Made by a program: the position numbers and the translations under genes. Of a stretch of DNA of 64,000 bases, positions 41,772-55,400 are shown piece by piece. Source of the stretch: Eledone cirrhosa (Eukaryota); contig OZ024762.1 of NCBI GenBank assembly GCA_964016885.1, positions 7,750,001 to 7,814,000 on the forward strand. The letters are read 5' to 3'. The notes beneath the pieces were generated by a model. That model had not been told where the DNA came from. It saw only the letters and a program-made list of their open reading frames with translations, and ran no database searches. Each line of letters opens with the position of its first letter. Position 1 is the stretch's first letter.

Positions 41772-42195
41772 CCACTTTACAGCATGGACTGGGTGCTTTT
41801 ATTCGTGCCACCAGCACTAGAGAGGTCGTCTTACTGGACTCAGGGGCCCTATCCACCCCTCCACTTTACAGCATGGACTGGGTGCTTTTATTCGTGCCAC
41901 CAGCACTAGAGAGGTTGTCTTACTGGACTCAGGGGCCCTATCCACCCCTCCACTTTACAGCATGGACTGGGTGCTTTTATTCGTGCCACCAGCACTAGAG
42001 AGGTTGTCTTACTGGACTCAGGGGCCCTCTCCAACCCTCCATTTTACAGCATGGACTGAGTGCTTTTATTCGTGCCACCAGCACTAGAGAGGTTGTCTTA
42101 CTGGACTCAGGGGCCCTCTCCAACCCTCCATTTTACAGCATGGACTGAGTGCTTTTATTCGTGCCACCAGCACTAGGGAAGTTGTCTTACTGGAC
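41772..42195. repeat. 89-bp tandem repeat (about 4.7 copies) inside a probable retroposon remnant at about 41660-42310
   Basis: Units start at 41772, 41861, 41950 and onward. They are preceded by (atc)n and ggatgcccttcct, seen in RTE-type 3' tails on the minus strand. Confidence 0.8.
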
Positions 42196-42424
42196 TTCTC
42201 TACCCCGCACCAATTTATTCGGAGCGGTAGCTCTCCTAGACGGGTTGCCTACATTACGGCTTACGGAGCCTCCGTCCGCTCCTTGTCTGTTCTATGATAT
42301 ATCCACGAGGGAGTGGTTAGTATACAGCGTCAGGCATATATACAAATTTAATATAGAATTGACTTCTATAGGACTAGAACTATTTCATTCGATGAAACTT
42401 CTTCAAAGCCATTTCTATATTGAA

Positions 42425-42516
<92 letters not shown>

Positions 42517-42863
42517 AATAAACAACATAAGATGATTATTTCATTTACCAGTGGTTTCTTGAAAGCAAATAAATCTGCTTTCAGTCGTCAGAATGAAAAA
42601 ATCCTGGTGTTTTTATTGAATGTGGATTTGAAAAACAAAAATATTAGAAATATGACAGTGAGGCTGAAGGAAGAAGAAAAACTGAAAACTGTAGAGTGCT
42701 CAACTTATCGGGCTGGAAAAATAAACACACATATATATATATATTTCCTCGGCCCGATTTGATGAGGTCTGGGATCTTTTTCGATCGATTGTCCAAATAC
42801 AAGAAATAGCAATGTTGCAAAGGAATTATAATCTTTAATACACTTTTATTTCGCTGCTAACAG

Positions 42864-43021
42864 AAATGGAAGTCTGATTGTGTTGATGGAGATGTTATTT
42901 CGAAGTTTCATCGTCAAAGAGGCGAAAGAAATTCAAAGCCTTGTCAACCGTAGCATCGTGAGTGAAATATTGAGAGCTGTTCCGAACTTGATGGGCGAGA
43001 AGATATCTTTATGGTGGATAC
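42864..43021 (+). CDS. Exon D: C-terminal part of SEA domain with GSLIV motif
   Basis: gctaacag|A completes Lys, then [52 protein letters not shown] plus C. Donor |gtaagt (phase 1). KNGSLIV matches the SEA G|SVVV autoproteolysis motif. Confidence 0.85.
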
Positions 43022-43050
43022 GTAAGTTGTATGACATATCGTCATCATCG

Positions 43051-43093
<43 letters not shown>

Positions 43094-43239
43094 AAACGGC
43101 ACCATCATCATCGTCATCCGAGTCAGTGTCATCGTTGTCATCAACATCATCACAACCATTATTATAACCATCATCATCATCAGCACAAGAATCACCACCA
43201 TCACCATAACATCAACCATCATACTCACCACCATCAGCA

Positions 43240-43283
<44 letters not shown>

Positions 43284-43298
43284 GATACACCCTCCCCC

Positions 43299-43381
<83 letters not shown>

Positions 43382-43433
43382 GTATATATATATGTATATA
43401 TATATATTTATGTATACATGTATATATATATGT

Positions 43434-43488
<55 letters not shown>

Positions 43489-43907
43489 CATGTATATATA
43501 TATGTATACATATATATATATATATATGTATACATATGTAAACATATATATATATATATATATACATATACATGTATATATATATGTATACATATATATA
43601 TATATATGTATACATATGTAAACATATATATATATGTATATATATATGTATAGATAAGTAACCATATATATATATATGTATATATATGTATATATATGTA
43701 TACATATGTAAACATATATATATGTATATATATATATATAATATAAATATATGTATATATTTGTATACATATGTATACATATATATACATATATATATAC
43801 ACACACATATATATATATATATATAAATATATATATGTATATATATATATATATATGTACATATATATATATATGTATACATATATATATGTATACATAT
43901 ATATATG

Positions 43908-43966
<59 letters not shown>

Positions 43967-44063
43967 GTATATATGTATACATATATATGTATTAATATAT
44001 ATGTATATATATATTATTCAAAATATTAACAAATGAAGATATTCACATAATCAAAATATATGC

Positions 44064-44120
44064 TTATTATATATATTTCGAAGGTGCTGTTTTTTTTTCC
44101 AGTACGTCCTCGTCAGATAA
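44064..44120 (-). ncRNA. Hammerhead motif
   Basis: Reverse complement reads UUAU-CUGACGA-GGACGUACUG..CAGCACCUUC-GAAA-UAUAUA-UA-AUAA. Confidence 0.6.
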
Positions 44121-44329
44121 AATATATGATTTGAGATATGACATACCTCTACGGTCTTGATATTTCAATTCCAGTTTTAGCAGTGATTTATTTCATCAAA
44201 TCTCAACATTTATATATCACAAATAATAATATGATAAACTGAAAGAAGAAAAGGACGTGGAGCGAATTAAAGATATAAGAGAGGGTGTAAAGAAGAGGAG
44301 ATGCAAGAAAAAATAAGAAAAAGAAAAAA

Positions 44330-44800
44330 TGTCTGTATACATATATGTATGTACGTATACATACTTATATTTAAGTAACAGCCGTACTAAGAGTGAGAAA
44401 TGAAATTTCGTTTCATTTTTTCCGTTTATCGTTTTCGGTACCCCGGCCGATTAACTCACTCGATATGCAAATTAGGCTTCTCAGCCGTTAATATGCATAA
44501 GGAAAGTATATACTTTCAGACGTTCAACCATCTGGCAGGAAAGTATATGTTGCTGACGATAGCTAATAAGCTTGAAACTAGTACAGCGTTCCTTTGTCAG
44601 TGTTGAACAAATGAGCAACGATGGTTGCTAGACACTGTACGGCTTAATTCGGGATGTTTGTTTACAAAAACACCGAGCATTATAATAAATGTTCCGTGAA
44701 TCCATACGTACATATATAAATATGTGTGCATGTATGTATATATATATACATACTACTGTACGTCTGTATACATATATGTATGTACGTATACATACTTATA
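44330..44800 (+). mobile_element. Diverged third copy of the 466-bp HHR family (HHR at 44548-44588, +)
   Basis: UGUUG-CUGACGA-U-AGCU(AAUA)AGCU-U-GAAA-CUAG-UA-CAGCG. The flanks match the reverse complement of the 466-bp unit with many substitutions. Confidence 0.8.
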
Positions 44801-45033
44801 TTTATATATGTATATTTATATATATATATATATACATATATGAATGTATATATAATGTATTTTGCAATAAACTTTATGCTTAATTAAAAGCATTTTGAAG
44901 ACCGTATGCTATTGTTTTAGAGTAGTGACAAACTCACTTACTTTAATCTCAGCAAACAAGGGGAGATAAGCCGACAAGGCCTTGTTTCGCATTTATTGAT
45001 GCTTATCAAGGCTAACTACTTCCTCCTGTCTAC

Positions 45034-45118
45034 TGAGATCACTGATGTTATATTCTTATAGAATTCTAGTAAATAATTATTTACTAGAATTCTATAAGAA
45101 TATAACATCAGTGATCTC
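45034..45118. repeat. Perfect palindrome of about 84 bp
   Basis: gagatcactgatgttatattcttatagaattctagtaaataa|ttatttactagaattctataagaatataacatcagtgatctc. Confidence 0.9.
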
Positions 45119-45341
45119 TAATTAGAGCAAACATCACGGACGCTCTATCTCAAAATTATTTTTGAAAAGCATTAGAAATGCGCAACCGGTAAGACTTGAG
45201 ATCAAAACTGAATACTAAACAATACTATTACGAATTCTCACTTATTCCTAATTAAACTATTTGTCACTGTGAACAATTTGTCAGCATTTTCTTTTCCGTT
45301 TACCGATATATCATAACTTGTGTGTTACACCTCTATTCTTT

Positions 45342-45395
<54 letters not shown>

Positions 45396-45641
45396 TACAT
45401 ATATATATATATATAAATATATATATGTAGGAGGTGAGTTTTATTGTAGTACAATAAAGTACATAAATATGTTGATTTAAAACTGCACTATCCACAAGTG
45501 TTTTTTAGCCTTCATATCATGTACTCCTGTTTTATCTGATGAAAACACAAATATTATTGCATGATGATGTTTGTTTTTGAAATGCGCATAATAAAATACA
45601 TGGAACTCCTTTAACCATCTTTTGATCTTATATTATAAATA

Positions 45642-45695
<54 letters not shown>

Positions 45696-45712
45696 TATAT
45701 ACATATAGTGAA

Positions 45713-45870
45713 GGCGTGTGGCTGAGTGGTTAGAGAATTGGATTCGCAATCGTAAGGTTGTGAGTTCGATTCCTGGACCAGGTGATGCGTTATGTCCTTC
45801 AGCAAGACACTTTATTTCACGTTGCTCCTTCTACCTGGATTTGCGATCGATAGATAGTATTAGCAATTGC
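45713..45870 (+). mobile_element. tRNA-derived SINE family 2 (CORE-like)
   Basis: ggcgtgtggctgagtggttagag (A box) and gagttcgattcc (B box), then gtccttcagcaagacactttatttcacgttgctcc. Confidence 0.8.
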
Positions 45871-45977
45871 TAATACTATCTATATATATATATATATATA
45901 CATGCATATATATATATACATATATATACATATATATATATACATATATATATATACATGCATATATATATACATGC

Positions 45978-46036
<59 letters not shown>

Positions 46037-46400
46037 CATGCATATATATATATATACATGCATATATATATATACATATACATATATACATATACATATA
46101 TATATATACATGCATATATATATATACATATATATATATACAAGCATATATACACATATATGTATGCATATATATATATATATAAACGTTTGAATTTGTA
46201 AAGCCAAAACAATGCAGGTATGGACATACGTAGAATAGAAATGCAAATACAAAAGATATTGTTGACAATTAGTCTTTTACATTAGATTTATTTAAATGTC
46301 CTTAATTTTCGAGATAATATCCCTTCTTCGGAGGGAAGTAGAGCGGATAAACCAGTGTTCTAAATAGCTTGCCATTATATATATATGAATATTTCCACAG

Positions 46401-49400
46401 CTACAAATACGATGGAGCGAACAACGAGGGATAAAACGAGGATAGAAACGACGTCTGATTTACCATCCACTACCACAGAACCACCAACAACCAGTGTGTT
46501 ACCATCTACGACCACAGAACCACCAACAACCACTGTGTTACCATCTACCACCACAGAACAACCAACAACCACTGTGTTATCATCTACCACTACAGAACAA
46601 CCAACAACCACTGTGTTACCATCTACCACCACAGAACAACCAACAACCACTGTGTTATCATCTACCACCACAAAAAAATCAACAACCACTGTGTTATCAT
46701 CTACCACCACAGAACAACCAACAACCACTGTGTTAACATCTACCACCACAGAACAACCAACAACCACTTTGTTACCATCTACCACAACACAACAACCAAC
46801 AACCACTGTGTTACCATCTACCACAACACAACAACAACCAACAACCACTGTGCTACCATCTACCACTACAGAACAACTAACAACCACTGTGTTACCATCT
46901 ACTACCACAGAACAACCAACAACCACTGTGTTTCCATCTACCACCACAGAACAACCAACAACCACTGCGTTAACATCTACCACCACAAAACAACCAACAA
47001 CCACTGTGTTACCATCTACCACCACAAAACAACCAACAACCACTGTGTTTCCATCTACCACCACAGAACAACCAACAACCACTGCGTTAACATCTACCAC
47101 CACAAAACAACCAACAACCACTGTGTTACCATCTACCACCACAAAACAACCAACAACAACTGTGTTACCATCTACCACCACAAAACAACCAACAACCACT
47201 GTGTTAACATCTACCACCAGAGAAAAACCAACAACCACTGTGTTACCATCTACCACAACAGAAAAACCAACAACCACTGTGTTACCATCTACCACCACAA
47301 AACAACCAACAACCACTGTGTTACCATCTACCACAACAGAAAAACCAACAACCACTGTGTTAACATCTACCACCACAAAACAACCAACAACCACTGTGTT
47401 ACCATCTACCACCACAAAACAACCAACAACCACTGTGTTTCCATCTACCACCACAGAACAACCAACAACCACTGCGTTAACATCTACCACCACAAAACAA
47501 CCAACAACCACTGTGTTACCATCTACCACCACAAAACAACAAACAACAACTGTGTTACCATCTACCACCACAAAACAACCAACAACCACTGTGTTACCAT
47601 CTACCACCACAAAACAACCAACAACCACTGTGCTACCATCTACCACCACAGAAAAACCAACAACCACTGTGTTACCATCTACCACCACAGAACAACCTAC
47701 AACCACTGTGTTGCCATCTACCACCACAGAACCACCAACAACCACTGTGTTACCATCTACTACCACAGAACATCCAACAACCCCTGGGTTAGCATCTTCC
47801 ACCACAGAACAACCAACAACCACTATGTTGCCATCTACCACCACAGAAAAACCAACAACCACTGTGTTACCATCTACCACCACAAAACAACCAACAACCA
47901 CTGTGTTACCGTCTACCACAACAGAAAAACCAACAACCACTGTGTTACCATCTACCACCACAAAACAACCAACAACCACTGTGTTGCCATCTACCACCAC
48001 AGAAAAACCAACAACCACTGTGTTACCATCTACCACCACAGAAAAACCAACAACCACTGTGTTACCATCTACCACAACACAACAACCAACAACCACTGTG
48101 TTACCGTCTACCACCACAGAACAACCAACAACCACTGTGTTACCGTCTACCACCACACAACAACCAACAACCACTGTGTTACCGTCTACCACCACAGAAC
48201 AACCAACAACCACTGTGTTACCGTCTACCACCACAGAACAACCAACAACCACTGTGTTACCATCTACCACAACACAACAACCAACAACCACGGTGTTACC
48301 GTCTACCACCACAGAACAACCAACAACCACTGTGTTACCGTCTACCACCACAGAACAACCAACAACCACTGTGTTACCATCTACGACCACAGAACCACCA
48401 ACAACCACTGTGTTACCGTCTACCACCACAGAACAACCAACAACCACTGTGTTGCCATCTACCACAACACAACAACCAACAACCACTGTGTTACCGTCTA
48501 CCACAACACAACAACCAACAACCACTGTGTTACCGTCTACCACCACAGAACAACCAACAACCAGTGTGTTACCATCTACAACCACAGAACCACCAACAAC
48601 CACTGTGTTACCATCTACCACCACAGAACAACCAACAACCACTGTGTTATCATCTACCACTACAGAACAACCAACAACCACTGTGTTACCATCTACCACC
48701 ACAGAACAACCAACAACCACTGTGTTATCATCTACCACCACAAAAAAATCAACAACCACTGTGTTATCATCTACCACCACAGAACAACCAACAACCACTG
48801 TGTTAACATCTACCACCACAGAACAACCAACAACCACTTTGTTACCATCTACCACAACACAACAACCAACAACCACTGTGTTACCATCTACCACAACACA
48901 ACAACAACCAACAACCACTGTGCTACCATCTACCACTACAGAACAACTAACAACCACTGTGTTACCATCTACTACCACAGAACAACCAACAACCACTGCG
49001 TTTCCATCTACCACCACAGAACAACCAACAACCATTGCGTTAACATCTACCACCACAAAACAACCAACAACCACTGTGTTACCATCTACCACCACAAAAC
49101 AACCAACAACCACTGTGTTTCCATCTACCACCACAGAACAACCAACAACCACTGCGTTAACATCTACCACCACAAAACAACCAACAACCAATGTGTTACC
49201 ATCTACCACCACAAAACAACCAACAACCACTGTGTTAACATCTACCACCACAGAACAACCAACAACCACTTTGTTACCATCTACCACAACACAACAACCA
49301 ACAACCACTGTGTTACCATCTACCACAACACAACAACAACCAACAACCACTGTGCTACCATCTACCACTACAGAACAACTAACAACCACTGTGTTACCGT

Positions 49401-52400
49401 CTACTACCACAGAACAACCAACAACCACTGTGTTTCCATCTACCACCACAGAACAACCAACAACCACTGGGTTAACATCTACCACCACAAAACAACCAAC
49501 AACCACTGTGTTACCATCTACCACCACAAAACAACCAACAACCACTGTGTTTCCATCTACCACCACAGAACAACCAACAACCACTGCGTTAACATCTACC
49601 ACCACAAAACAACCAACAACCACTGTGTTACCATCTACCACCACAAAACAACCAACAACCACTGCGTTAACATCTACCACCACAAAACAACCAACAACCA
49701 CTGTGTTACCATCTACCACCACAAAACAACCTACAACCACTGTGTTGCCATCTACCACCACAGAACCACCAACAACCACTGTGTTACCATCTACTACCAC
49801 AGAACATCCAACAACCCCTGGGTTAGCATCTTCCACCACAGAACAACCAACAACCACTATGTTGCCATCTACCACCACAGAACAACCAACAACCACTGTG
49901 TTACCATCTACCACAACACAACAACCAACAACCACTGTGTTACCGTCTACCACCACAGAACAACCAACAACCACTGTGTTACCGTCTACCACCACACAAC
50001 AACCAACAACCACTGTGTTACCGTCTACCACCACAGAACAACCAACAACCACTGTGTTACCGTCTACCACCACAGAACAACCAACAACCACTGTGTTACC
50101 ATCTACCACAACACAACAACCAACAACCACGGTGTTACCGTCTACCACCACAGAACAACCAACAACCACTGTGTTACCGTCTACCACCACAGAACAACCA
50201 ACAACCACTGTGTTACCATCTACCACAACACAACAACCAACAACCACTGTGTTACCGTCTACCACAACACAACAACCAACAACCACTGTATTACCGTCTA
50301 CCACCACAGAACAACCAACAACCACTGTGTTGCCATCTACCACCACAGAACAACCAACAACCAGTGTGTTACCATCTACGACCACAGAACCACCAACAAC
50401 CACTGTGTTACCATCTACCACCACAGAACAACCAACAACCACTGTGTTATCATCTACCACTACAGAACAACCAACAACCACTGTGTTACCATCTACCACC
50501 ACAGAACAACCAACAACCACTGTGTTATCATCTACCACCACAAAACAACTAACAACCACTGTGTTATCATCTACCACCACAGAACAACCAACAACCACTG
50601 TGTTAACATCTACCACCACAGAACAACCAACAACCACTTTGTTACCATCTACCACAACACAACAACCAACAACCACTGTGTTACCATCTACCACAACACA
50701 ACAACAACCAACAACCACTGTGCTACCATCTACCACTACAGAACAACTAACAACCACTGTGTTACCATCTACTACCACAGAACAACCAACAACCACTGTG
50801 TTTCCATCTACCACCACAGAACAACCAACAACCACTGGGTTAACATCTACCACCACAAAACAACCAACAACCACTGTGTTACCATCTACTACCACAGAAC
50901 AACCAACAACCACTGTGTTTCCATCTACCACCACAAAACAACCAACAACCACTGGGTTAACATCTACCACCACAAAACAACCAACAACCACTGTGTTACC
51001 ATCTACCACCACAGAACAACCAACAACCACTGTGTTATCATCTACCACCACAAAACAACCAACAACCACTGTGTTATCATCTACCACCACAGAACAACCA
51101 ACAACCACTGTGTTAACATCTACCACCACAGAACAACCAACAACCACTTTGTTACCATCTACCACAACACAACAACCAACAACCACTGTGTTACCATCTA
51201 CCACAACACAACAACAACCAACAACCACTGTGCTACCATCTACCACTACAGAACAACTAACAACCACTGTGTTACCATCTACTACCACAGAACAACCAAC
51301 AACCACTGTGTTTCCATCTACCACCACAGAACAACCAACAACCACTGCGTTAACATCTACCACCACAAAACAACCAACAACCACTGTGTTACCATCTACT
51401 ACCACAGAACAACCAACAACCACTGTGTTTCCATCTACCACCACAAAACAACCAACAACCACTGGGTTAACATCTACCACCACAAAACAACCAACAACCA
51501 CTGTGTTACCATCTACCACCACAAAACAACCAACAACCACTGTGTTTCCATCTACCACCACAGAACAACCAACAACCACTGCGTTAACATCTACCACCAC
51601 AAAACAACCAACAACCACTGTGTTACCATCTACCACCACAAAACAACCAACAACCACTGTGTTAACATCTACCACCACAGAACCACCAACAACCACTGTG
51701 TTACCATCTACCACCACAGAAAAACCAACAACCACTGTGTTACCATCTACCACCACAGAACAACCTACAACCACTGTGTTGCCATCTACCACCACAGAAC
51801 CACCAACAACCACTGTGTTACCATCTACTACCACAGAACATCCAACAACCCCTGGCTTAGCATCTTACACCACAGAACAACCAACAACCACTGTGTTACC
51901 ATCTACCACCACAGAACAACCAACAACCACTGTGTTACCATCTACCACAACACAACAACCAACAACCACTGTGTTACCGTCTACCACCACAGAACAACCA
52001 ACAACCACTGTGTTACCGTCTACCACAACACAACAACCAACAACCACTGTGTTACCATCTACCACAACACAACAACCAACAACCACTGTATTACCGTCTA
52101 CCACCACAGAACAACCAACAACCACTGTGTTGCCATCTACCACCACAGAACAACCAACAACCAGTGTGTTACCATCTACGACCACAGAACCACCAACAAC
52201 CACTGTGTTACCGTCTACCACCACAGAACAACCAACAACCACTGTGTTATCATCTACCACCACAGAACAACCAACAACCACTGTGTTACCATCTACCACA
52301 ACACAACAACCAACAACCACTGTGTTACCGTCTACCACAACACAACAACCAACAACCACTGTGTTACCGTCTACCACAACACAACAACCAACAACCACTG

Positions 52401-55400
52401 TGTTACCGTCTACCACAACACAACAACCAACAACCACTGTATTACCGTCTACCACCACAGAACAACTAACAACCACTGTGTTACCATCTACGACCACAGA
52501 ACAACCAACAACCACTGTGTTATCATCTACCACTACAGAACAACCAACAACCACGGTGTTACCATCTACCACCACAGAACAACCAACAACCACTGTGTTA
52601 TCATCTACCACCACAAAAAAATCAACAACCACTGTGTTATCATCTACCACCACAGAACAACCAACAACCACTGTGTTAACATCTACCACCACAGAACAAC
52701 CAACAACCACTTTGTTACCATCTACCACAACACAACAACCAACAACCACTGTGTTACCATCTACCACAACACAACAACAACCAACAACCACTGTGCTACC
52801 ATCTACCACTACAGAACAACTAACAACCACTGTGTTACCATCTACTACCACAGAACAACCAACAACCACTGTGTTTCCATCTACCACCACAGAACAACCA
52901 ACAACCACTGCGTTAACATCTACCACCACAAAACAACCAACAACCACTGTGTTACCATCTACCACCACAAAACAACCAACAACCACTGTGTTTCCATCTA
53001 CCACCACAGAACAACCAACAACCACTGCGTTAACATCTACCACCACAAAACAACCAACAACCACTGTGTTACCATCTACCACCACAAAACAACCAACAAC
53101 CACTGTGTTAACATCTACCACCACAGAACCACCAACAACCACTGTGTTACCATCTACCACCACAGAAAAACCAACAACCACTGTGTTACCATCTACCACC
53201 ACAGAACAACCTACAACCACTGTGTTGCCATCTACCACCACAGAACCACCAACAACCACTGTGTTACCATCTACTACCACAGAACATCCAACAACCCCTG
53301 GTTTAGCATCTTCCACCACAGAACAACCAACAACCACTGTGTTACCATCTACCACAACACAACAACCAACAACCACTGTGTTACCGTCTACCACCACAGA
53401 ACGACCAACAACCACTGTGTTACCGTCTACCACAACACAACAACCAACAACCACCGTGTTACCGTCTACCACCACAGAACAACCAACAACCACTGTGTTA
53501 CCGTCTACCACCACAGAACAACCAACAACCACTGTGTTACCATCTACCACAACACAACAACCAACAACCACGGTGTTACCGTCTACCACCACAAAACAAC
53601 CAACAACCACTGTGTTACCGTCTACCACAACACAACAACCAACAACCACTGTGTTACCGTCTACCACCACAGAACAACCAACAACCACTGTGTTACCGTC
53701 TACCACCACAGAACAACCAACAACCACTGTGTTACCATCTACCACAACACAACAACCAACAACCACTGTGTTACCGTCTACCACAACACAACAACCAACA
53801 ACCACTGTGTTACCGTCTACCACCACAGAACAACCAACAACCACTGTGTTACCGTCTACCACAACACAACAACCAACAACCACTGTGTTACCGTCTACCA
53901 CCACAGAACAACCAACAACCACTGTGTTACCGTCTACCACCACAGAACAACCAACAACCACTGTGTTACCATCTACCACAACACAACAACCAACAACCAC
54001 GGTGTTACCGTCTACCACCACAGAACAACCAACAACCACTGTGTTACCGTCTACCACCACAGAACAACCAACAACCACTGTGTTACCATCTACCACAACA
54101 CAACAACCAACAACCACTGTGTTACAGTCTACCACAACACAACAACCAACAACCACGGTGTTACCGTCTACCACCACAGAACAACCAACAACCACTGTGT
54201 TACCGTCTACCACCACAGAACAACCAACAACCACTGTGTTACCATCTACCACAACACAACAACCAACAACCACTGTGTTACAGTCTACCACAACACAACA
54301 ACCAACAACCACTGTGTTACCGTCTACCACCACAGAACAACCAACAACCACTGTGTTGCCATCTACCACCACAGAACAACCAACAACGACTGTGTTACCA
54401 TCTACTACCACAGAACAACCAACAACCACTGTGTTACCATCTACTACCACAGAACAACCAACAACCACTGTGTTACCGTCTACCACAACACAACAACCAA
54501 CAACCACTGTGTTACTGTCTACCACCACAGAACAACCAACAACCACTGTGTTACCGTCTACCACCACAGAACAACCAACAACCACTGTGTTACCATCTAC
54601 CACAACACAACAACCAACAACCACGGTGTTACCGTCTACCACCACAGAACAACCAACAACCACTGTGTTACCGTCTACCACCACAGAACAACCAACAACC
54701 ACTGTGTTACCATCTACCACAACACAACAACCAACAACCACTGTGTTACCGTCTACCACAACACAACAACCAACAACCACTGTGTTACCGTCTACCACCA
54801 CAGAACAACCAACAACCACTGTGTTACCGTCTACCACCACAGAACAACCAACAACCACTGTGTTACCATCTACCACAACACAACAACCAACAACCACGGT
54901 GTTACCGTCTACCACCACAGAACAACCAACAACCACTGTGTTACCGTCTACCACCACAGAACAACCAACAACCACTGTGTTACCATCTACCACAACACAA
55001 CAACCAACAACCACTGTGTTACCGTCTACCACAACACAACAACCAACAACCACTGTGTTACCGTCTACCACCACAGAACAACCAACAACCACTGTGTTAC
55101 CGTCTACCACCACAGAACAACCAACAACCACTGTGTTACCATCTACCACAACACAACAACCAACAACCACGGTGTTACCGTCTACCACCACAGAACAACC
55201 AACAACCACTGTGTTACCGTCTACCACCACAGAACAACCAACAACCACTGTGTTACCATCTACCACAACACAACAACCAACAACCACTGTGTTACCGTCT
55301 ACCACAACACAACAACCAACAACCACTGTGTTACCGTCTACCACCACAGAACAACCAACAACCACTGTGTTGCCATCTACCACCACAGAACAACCAACAA

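Noticed and set aside
13389-42195. Regularly spaced repeats (123, 63, 57 and 89 bp) as CRISPR arrays
   Set aside because: No unique spacers, eukaryotic context and no cas genes. They are plain minisatellites.
43031-43240. His-rich ORF
   Set aside because: A (CAT)n microsatellite immediately inside intron D-E.
45713-45790. tRNA gene
   Set aside because: A and B boxes are present, but it continues directly into a SINE body found in several copies and I could not build a clean cloverleaf.
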